A stretch of 64,000 nt of DNA from Acutalibacteraceae bacterium (GTDB taxonomy: Bacteria; Bacillota; Clostridia; Oscillospirales; Acutalibacteraceae). Position 1 is the first letter of the stretch. Every line of letters begins with the position of its first letter. The position numbers and the translations under genes are program-made. The stretch is from the NCBI GenBank assembly GCA_045599985.1, contig JAZRWZ010000166.1, positions 2,369-66,368 on the forward strand, given 5' to 3'. Below, piece by piece: positions 58,436 to 64,000 of the stretch. The notes below the pieces were generated by a model. That model ran no database searches. It had not been told where the DNA came from and was given only the letters and a program-made list of their open reading frames with translations.

Positions 58436-59752
58436 ATGTCTGACAACCAAATCGCAAAAGTGAAGCCTGCCCGGTACGGCTTTGCCATGTTCGGTACCTC
58501 CATCCCCATCAATATGTTTAAATCCTTCGCCGCCATCTTTTATGTGGATATGCTGGGGCTGGATATGAAAAAGTACTCCCTTGTGCTGTTTATCTACACC
58601 TTTGTGGATGCCATCGACAACCCCGTTTACGGCCTGCTCTCCGACCGCACCCGCACCAAGTGGGGCAGACGCAGACCCTGGCTGCTGATCGGCACCCCCC
58701 TGCTTGTGCTGTTTTTCATTCTGTTCTACTGTACGCCCGCCTTTGTGCAGAGCGATAAGGGCATGCTGTTTGTCTACATGCTGCTGATGTATATCCTCAC
58801 GGGCACGCTGGATTCCCTTGTGAATGCCAACTACGGCGCCCTGTTCCCCGAGTTGTTCAGGAAGGATGAGGAACGGGCCAAAACCAACAGCTTCCGTCAG
58901 ATTTGCCAGCTCTTTGCCATGGCCATCAGCATTGCCCTGACCCCCATGATTACCGATGCCATCGGCTACCGCACCACCGCCATCATTTACGGCGTAGTGG
59001 CGTTGGCCGTGATGATGTTCTGCTTCTGGGGCTGCAGAGAGCCCGAAATCGTGGAGGAAGAAACGGTCAAGCCCAAGCTGTTCAGCAGCATTTTTGCTTT
59101 GATTACCAACCCCAAATTCTGGATTTACGGCTTTTGCGGTGCCTTCTATTCCGCCGCCTTCTCCCTGATTTCTCAGGCCATCCCCTTCTATGTGAAATAC
59201 ACCCTGAAAAAGGGCGGCTCCACCACCACCATTATGCTGGGCACCGTGCTTGTGGTGGCTGTGCTGGGCATTGTGTTCTGGTCAAACATTGTGAAAAAAT
59301 GGGATATCATGAAGGTGTGGCGCTCCGGCTTTATCATTATGGCCATCTCCTTTATTCCCCTGTATTTTGTCAATTCCTTCGCGGGCGCGGTGGTCATTGC
59401 CTGCATTGTGGGCTTTGGCGTGGCTGCCTGCCTTGCCACCATGGACTGCATCGGCGCCAAAATCGTGGATGACGACTTCCGCCGCCACGGCATCAAGCGA
59501 GAGGGCATCATCTCCAGCCTGACGGGCGTGATGAACCGCCTCAACGGCCTTTACACCTCCCTCGCCTTCTATTTTGTATCCACGCAATTCGGCTTTGTAA
59601 ACGGCGATGACCCCGGCACCAACCCCGCCCTTGCCTCCCGCGTGCTGCTGTGCATCTTCCCGGCAGCCGCCATGATTGTTGCCTCTGTTATCACCTTCTT
59701 CCTGCACTTCAATGAGGAAAAAACCGATGAAGCAGAAGTATCTGATCATTAA
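58436..59752 (+). CDS. MFS transporter, GPH/MFS_2 family
   Basis: DAIDNP, SDRTRTKWGRRRPW and REG motifs. Confidence 0.88.
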   Translation: MSDNQIAKVKPARYGFAMFGTSIPINMFKSFAAIFYVDMLGLDMKKYSLVLFIYTFVDAIDNPVYGLLSDRTRTKWGRRRPWLLIGTPLLVLFFILFYCTPAFVQSDKGMLFVYMLLMYILTGTLDSLVNANYGALFPELFRKDEERAKTNSFRQICQLFAMAISIALTPMITDAIGYRTTAIIYGVVALAVMMFCFWGCREPEIVEEETVKPKLFSSIFALITNPKFWIYGFCGAFYSAAFSLISQAIPFYVKYTLKKGGSTTTIMLGTVLVVAVLGIVFWSNIVKKWDIMKVWRSGFIIMAISFIPLYFVNSFAGAVVIACIVGFGVAACLATMDCIGAKIVDDDFRRHGIKREGIISSLTGVMNRLNGLYTSLAFYFVSTQFGFVNGDDPGTNPALASRVLLCIFPAAAMIVASVITFFLHFNEEKTDEAEVSDH

Positions 59753-60572
59753 CGCCGACGATTTCGGCTATAACGCTCAACAGAACGCTGCCATTTCGGA
59801 ATTGCTTGCCGGGGGGTTCATCACCTCCACCTCCGTTATGGCGGTGGCCCCCGCCGCGGCGGACTGCGCCCGGCTGAACGGCAGCGAATACTCCGTGGGC
59901 GTGCATCTTACCTTAAACTCCGACAGCGCCGACGCCCCGTGGCACAGCCTGACCGGCCTGCCCTCCCTCGGGGGCAAAAACGGCCTGCCTGCCGACGGCA
60001 GGGCTCTGACCTTCGGCGCACGGCGCCGGGATGTGCGTGCCGAGCTGGAGGCACAATACGCATTCCTCACGGCAAAGGGCGTAAAGGTTGACCATGCGGA
60101 TAACCACTGCGGCACCCTTTACGGCATCAACGGCAGGCGGTTTTATCTGGATGCCTTTGATTTCTGTGCCGGGCACGGCCTGCCCTTCCGCTTCCCCAAA
60201 ACCCCGGGGTTTGCCGAAAGGCAAATCGGCCGCTCCCTCCCGGGAGCCGCACGCGGGCTTTTAAACGCGATTGTGGAAAAGGGCGAAAAACGAGGCGTGA
60301 AAATGCTTGACGACCTGGTATCCAACCCCTGGGGCATGGACAGAATCGGGGATTACGATACCCTGCTCCGCTATTACCTGAATGCGGTGGACAACTGCCT
60401 GCCCGGGGTTACCGAATTATTCCTGCACCCGGCACTGCCCGTGGATGACAGCATCGGCCCGTGGACGAAAAGTGTGTATGAATACCGGATATTAAAAAGC
60501 GGTGATTTACTGCAGCGAGCCCGCGAAAAGCATATTGAAGTGGTTTCGTGGCAGATTTTTCAAAACATATGA
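59727..60572 (+). CDS. YdjC/ChbG family carbohydrate deacetylase
   Basis: IINADDFG, GVHLTL, DHADNH and ELFLHP motifs. Confidence 0.85.
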   Translation: MKQKYLIINADDFGYNAQQNAAISELLAGGFITSTSVMAVAPAAADCARLNGSEYSVGVHLTLNSDSADAPWHSLTGLPSLGGKNGLPADGRALTFGARRRDVRAELEAQYAFLTAKGVKVDHADNHCGTLYGINGRRFYLDAFDFCAGHGLPFRFPKTPGFAERQIGRSLPGAARGLLNAIVEKGEKRGVKMLDDLVSNPWGMDRIGDYDTLLRYYLNAVDNCLPGVTELFLHPALPVDDSIGPWTKSVYEYRILKSGDLLQRAREKHIEVVSWQIFQNI

Positions 60573-60589
60573 AACAGAGGAAGAGAAGC

Positions 60590-62065
60590 ATGAAAAAATC
60601 ATTCATCAGGATGGTGGCGGTTATTCTGGCCCTGCTCACGGCGCTTTCCGTGCCCCTGAGCTGCACCGCTTCCGCCGCCAAAACCGAAGAGGACTACAAC
60701 GGATACCCCCTGATTCTGATTCGCGGCATGGATTTTAACGGCATCTACTACCACCTTGGTGCCGAGGACGAACAGCGCTGCTTCAAGGGCATTGAGGCCG
60801 GGCCGCTGATAAAGGCTCTGGGCAAATCCGTGTGGAAGGGCGTTACCAAATGGAGTCTGGACGCTTTTCTGGATGAGGTGTGCCTTTACACCACCGACAT
60901 CATGGGGCTCATGGCCTGCAACAAGGACGGCAGCAGCCGCTACGATGTTTCCGTGAGCGAATATCCCCTTTCCCTTGCCAACTACCCCGAATACAAGGAG
61001 TGGGGCACCGTGAACGAAATGGGAATTCTGCAAACCGCCTGCCAAAACTACGGGGCGGAAAATGTGTATTACTTCAACTACGACTGGCGCATTGACCCCT
61101 TCATCAATGCCGAAAAAATCAATGCCATGGTGGAGCAGGCCAAGCAGGACAGCGGCAAGGATAAGGTAAACCTTGTTTGCTGCAGCATGGGCGGTATAGA
61201 GGCCGTCAGCTATATGTACCGCTACGGCTCCGACTCCCTGAACCGTGTGATTTTTCTCTCCTCCACGGTAACGGGCACCCATGTAACCTCCGACGTGCTG
61301 CGGGGCAAGGTCGAACTGAACCCCAACAATTTTTACCGCTTCGTCTGCCAGTCCGTGGCCCCCGACAGCAAGGTGGTGCAGTTCCTGTTCTCCGCCCTTT
61401 ACAAAATGCGGGCGTTTGACGGCCTTTGCCGTTTTGCCAACGGATTCATTGCCAAGGCCAAGGATAAAGTGTATGACAGCTTTCTTACCGACACCTTCGG
61501 CACCATGCCCACCGTGTGGGCCCTTGTGCTGCCCGAATACTATGACGAGGCCATCTCCTATATGTTCGGCGGCAAAGAGGACGAATATGCCGAATTCATT
61601 GCCCTGACAAAAGTGTATCAGACCATGGCAGCCGAGCGTGATGATATGCTCAAAGAGGCTGCCGCTAACGGTACCTCCATCTGCCTTGTGGCAGGCTATG
61701 ACCGCTGCTGCGTGCCCGTTTATTCGGGCGGCCAATGCAACGGTGACGGCACGCTGGAGGCCGACAGAATGCTGGGCGGTGCCGTGGTTTCTCCTTTGAA
61801 CGGCACCTTGGGCAGCGACTATGTGCCCGCCGACAGCACTCGCCTTTCTCCCGATAAAAAAGTGGACCTTTCCGGTGTGCTGTTCCCCGACACCACCTGG
61901 GCGGTGCGGAACCTGAACCATGTGGGCTGCACCACCGACACCGACAGCTCGGATTTCCTTTTCTGGCTGTTGGGCTTTGAGGGCGAGGTAACCGTCAACA
62001 CCGACCCCCGCTACCCTCAGTTCATGGTTTCCTCCGATGGCTACACGCTGGCCCCGCAGGAATAA
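60590..62065 (+). CDS. secreted alpha/beta hydrolase (lipase/LCAT-like)
   Basis: Signal peptide ending ASA; YPLILIRG, YDWR, VNLVCCSMGG nucleophile elbow and GDGT motifs. Confidence 0.7.
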   Translation: MKKSFIRMVAVILALLTALSVPLSCTASAAKTEEDYNGYPLILIRGMDFNGIYYHLGAEDEQRCFKGIEAGPLIKALGKSVWKGVTKWSLDAFLDEVCLYTTDIMGLMACNKDGSSRYDVSVSEYPLSLANYPEYKEWGTVNEMGILQTACQNYGAENVYYFNYDWRIDPFINAEKINAMVEQAKQDSGKDKVNLVCCSMGGIEAVSYMYRYGSDSLNRVIFLSSTVTGTHVTSDVLRGKVELNPNNFYRFVCQSVAPDSKVVQFLFSALYKMRAFDGLCRFANGFIAKAKDKVYDSFLTDTFGTMPTVWALVLPEYYDEAISYMFGGKEDEYAEFIALTKVYQTMAAERDDMLKEAAANGTSICLVAGYDRCCVPVYSGGQCNGDGTLEADRMLGGAVVSPLNGTLGSDYVPADSTRLSPDKKVDLSGVLFPDTTWAVRNLNHVGCTTDTDSSDFLFWLLGFEGEVTVNTDPRYPQFMVSSDGYTLAPQE

Positions 62066-62142
62066 TTCCCAAATAACCAAAACTTGCAGTTGCGCTTTTT
62101 TCGGTTTACAATACCAATATAATAACTTGATGGAGGATTACT

Positions 62143-63228
62143 ATGAAAAAAATAATCAGCATTCTTCTTGCTGCCGTTACGGTGCTGCTGACCTTGCCTG
62201 TTCTGGCCTCGGCGGACACCCTGACCGACATCGACATTGTACCCGGCAAGGTGATTGACTTCAGCATTACCGGCAACAACACCTACACGGACACCTTCGT
62301 GCCCTCCTTAAGCAAAAGCGGCGAATACACCTTTATCTCCTTTGGTGATGTTTGTCCCACCGTTACCGTTACTTACTACAAGCAGACCCTCATCGGCAGG
62401 GAGAAGGTCACCGACACCATTAAAAGCGACGGCGGCGTTCTGTTTGATACCTACACCTTCTCCGCCGGGGTGGAATACACCATTTCCGTAGGCGGCGCCG
62501 GCAGCTTCAGCCTGATTTTCTTCAAGCCCAATGCCGAAAAATGCGGCTTTGTATCGGGCCCCGACAAAACCGAATACTTCAACAAGCTTGAGGTGAGCAT
62601 CAGCGGCTCCAACGTAACCTTCCTGAATGACTGCCTCGACCTGACAGGTGCCTCCTTCGCCCTTGTGGATGAGGACGGCAACACCGTTTACACCGTGAAC
62701 GGCAACTCCCTTAAGAAGATTATCAAATCCGTAACCTATGAGAACAACACGATTAAGCTGGCCGTGAATGCCTCCAAGAAATTCCTCGGCATCACTCTGA
62801 AGGAATACTCCGCCATCTCCCTTACGGTAAAGCCCTACCCCATCAAGAGTGTGGTGCTCAGCCACGACGAATTGCGCTACACCTACGGCGACAACGACGG
62901 CACCATCAAGGGCAGCTTAAAAGAGCATTACTTTGTGCCCAACATCAACTTTGCCCAAATGACGGCAACCGTTACCCTCACCGACGGCACCAAAACGGAG
63001 AATGTTCCCATTCAGGCCGCGGGCGGGAAATATTACTTTGAGGTTGAGGGCGTAGGCAAGGTCTTCATCACCAACGAGGCCAAGTGCCCCGAAAAGGGCG
63101 AAAACATTGATGCCGATATCCGCATCGGCGCAGACCCCTACAAGCTCACCGTCACCATAGAGAAGGCGGATTTCTTCACCAAAATCGGCATTTTCTTCCG
63201 CCTTCTGTTCGGCGTTTACAAGCGATAA
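62143..63228 (+). CDS. secreted/surface hypothetical protein
   Basis: Signal peptide MKKIISILLAAVTVLLTLPVLASA; beta-rich body; C-terminal FFTKIGIFFRLLFGVYKR. Confidence 0.7.
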   Translation: MKKIISILLAAVTVLLTLPVLASADTLTDIDIVPGKVIDFSITGNNTYTDTFVPSLSKSGEYTFISFGDVCPTVTVTYYKQTLIGREKVTDTIKSDGGVLFDTYTFSAGVEYTISVGGAGSFSLIFFKPNAEKCGFVSGPDKTEYFNKLEVSISGSNVTFLNDCLDLTGASFALVDEDGNTVYTVNGNSLKKIIKSVTYENNTIKLAVNASKKFLGITLKEYSAISLTVKPYPIKSVVLSHDELRYTYGDNDGTIKGSLKEHYFVPNINFAQMTATVTLTDGTKTENVPIQAAGGKYYFEVEGVGKVFITNEAKCPEKGENIDADIRIGADPYKLTVTIEKADFFTKIGIFFRLLFGVYKR

Positions 63229-63254
63229 CCCAACCTCGGCAAGATAAAACCACA

Positions 63255-63309
63255 AAAAAGCGATGCTTAACCCCCGGCAAACGCCGGAATGCGGTTAAAC
63301 ATCGCTTTT
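63255..63309. repeat. hairpin family copy 5
   Basis: AAAAGCGATGCTTAAC...GTTAAACATCGCTTTT with an inner CCGGCAAACGCCGGA segment. Confidence 0.8.
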
Positions 63310-63361
63310 CTTTTGTTCTTATGTCATCGGGAAAAGGCCTTTCAAACAATGGGTTTTTATC

Positions 63362-64000
63362 TTATTTGATAATGCCGTAATACTTCATCATGCGGGTTCT
63401 GCTTTTGCCCGCGGCAAGGGTATCCGCCACGCTGTGGTCGGAGAAGAGGTAATAAATCCCTCTCTGTGCCCAGGCAAGGGGAAGCAGGTACGGGTGACGC
63501 TCAAGGTAAGCATACCTTTTTTTCATCTGATTCAAGGTCAGAAATACAGTGGCGGAGCGCTTGCCGTTCTGTGATTTGGAATAACTGTTCACGGTTATGC
63601 GGCTGCTGTGGTGCTTATCCGCATCCCGCGAGCCGTAAATGCCGCCCTGCAAAAGGTCCTCCAGCATGATGTCACAGCGAAGGGTTCGGTCAAAGGCGGG
63701 GGTTTGAATAGCGCTGATATCCAGCCCGAAATATTCACTGCCGATAAGCAGCACCGCGCTGAGGAAGCCGTCCGCCGAGACCGATGCACATTTTTTGAAC
63801 ACCGTATCCCAGTCAATCCCCTCCTTCGCGCAGAAAAGGGAAATATCCATCACCTGCCGGATGCCCACACCGGCACCGATAAAGTGCTTGAAGGCGTGCA
63901 GCACCAGATAAATCAGATGCTCCTGAACGGGGGGGCAAAGCACCTCCACGCCGTCCACGGTAACAGAATCGGGATTTTTGCACAAATCCTTCACCACCGC
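63362..64000 (-). CDS. nucleotidyltransferase family protein (NTP_transf_5-like), 5'-truncated by the window edge
   Basis: HLIYLVLHAFKHF..GVGIRQVMD and GGIYG motifs; frame open to the window end. Confidence 0.7.
   Translation of the reverse strand, partial: AVVKDLCKNPDSVTVDGVEVLCPPVQEHLIYLVLHAFKHFIGAGVGIRQVMDISLFCAKEGIDWDTVFKKCASVSADGFLSAVLLIGSEYFGLDISAIQTPAFDRTLRCDIMLEDLLQGGIYGSRDADKHHSSRITVNSYSKSQNGKRSATVFLTLNQMKKRYAYLERHPYLLPLAWAQRGIYYLFSDHSVADTLAAGKSRTRMMKYYGIIK

Noticed and set aside
22001-63309. CRISPR array interpretation of the hairpin repeats
   Set aside because: Copies are kilobases apart with no spacer periodicity, and no cas genes are present.
1-64000. Prophage, IS, rRNA, tRNA or Sec/Pyl read-through
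   Set aside because: No integrase, transposase or phage motifs, no RNA-gene signatures, and no in-frame stop interrupting a recognisable domain were seen.

Overview
Core-genome window from a GC-rich, spore-forming Clostridia-type bacterium (Oscillospiraceae-like; inferred from gene content). Bases 1-24.5 kb are mostly housekeeping: acyl-CoA ligase, secA, dCMP deaminase, exoIII, a stand-alone condensation domain, an EF-G paralog, ytvI, hom-lysC, ferredoxin, darA-holB-ricT, a queG-like gene, citrate synthase, spoIID, a TrmO/GIY-YIG fusion, and purC under a ZMP/ZTP riboswitch. Bases 24.5-62 kb form an accessory glycan/glycoside-catabolic region: three GPH-type MFS transporters, GH95-like, GH78 and GH31 enzymes, GH38/57-like and DUF5054-like proteins, a Gfo/Idh/MocA oxidoreductase, three xylose-isomerase-like TIM barrels, an SDR, PHP and YdjC hydrolases, and a pseudokinase. 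No transcription regulator, ABC or PTS gene was seen there. No rRNA, tRNA, CRISPR array, integrase or transposase was recognised. The most notable signals are the TrmO-GIY-YIG fusion, an exact 32-bp inverted repeat pair around a 4.2-kb segment (plus a third diverged copy), a five-member family of intergenic hairpins at convergent gene ends, a triply degenerate pseudokinase, and a nine-gene operon rich in uncharacterised hydrolases. All family assignments come from motif recognition by eye, not database searches.
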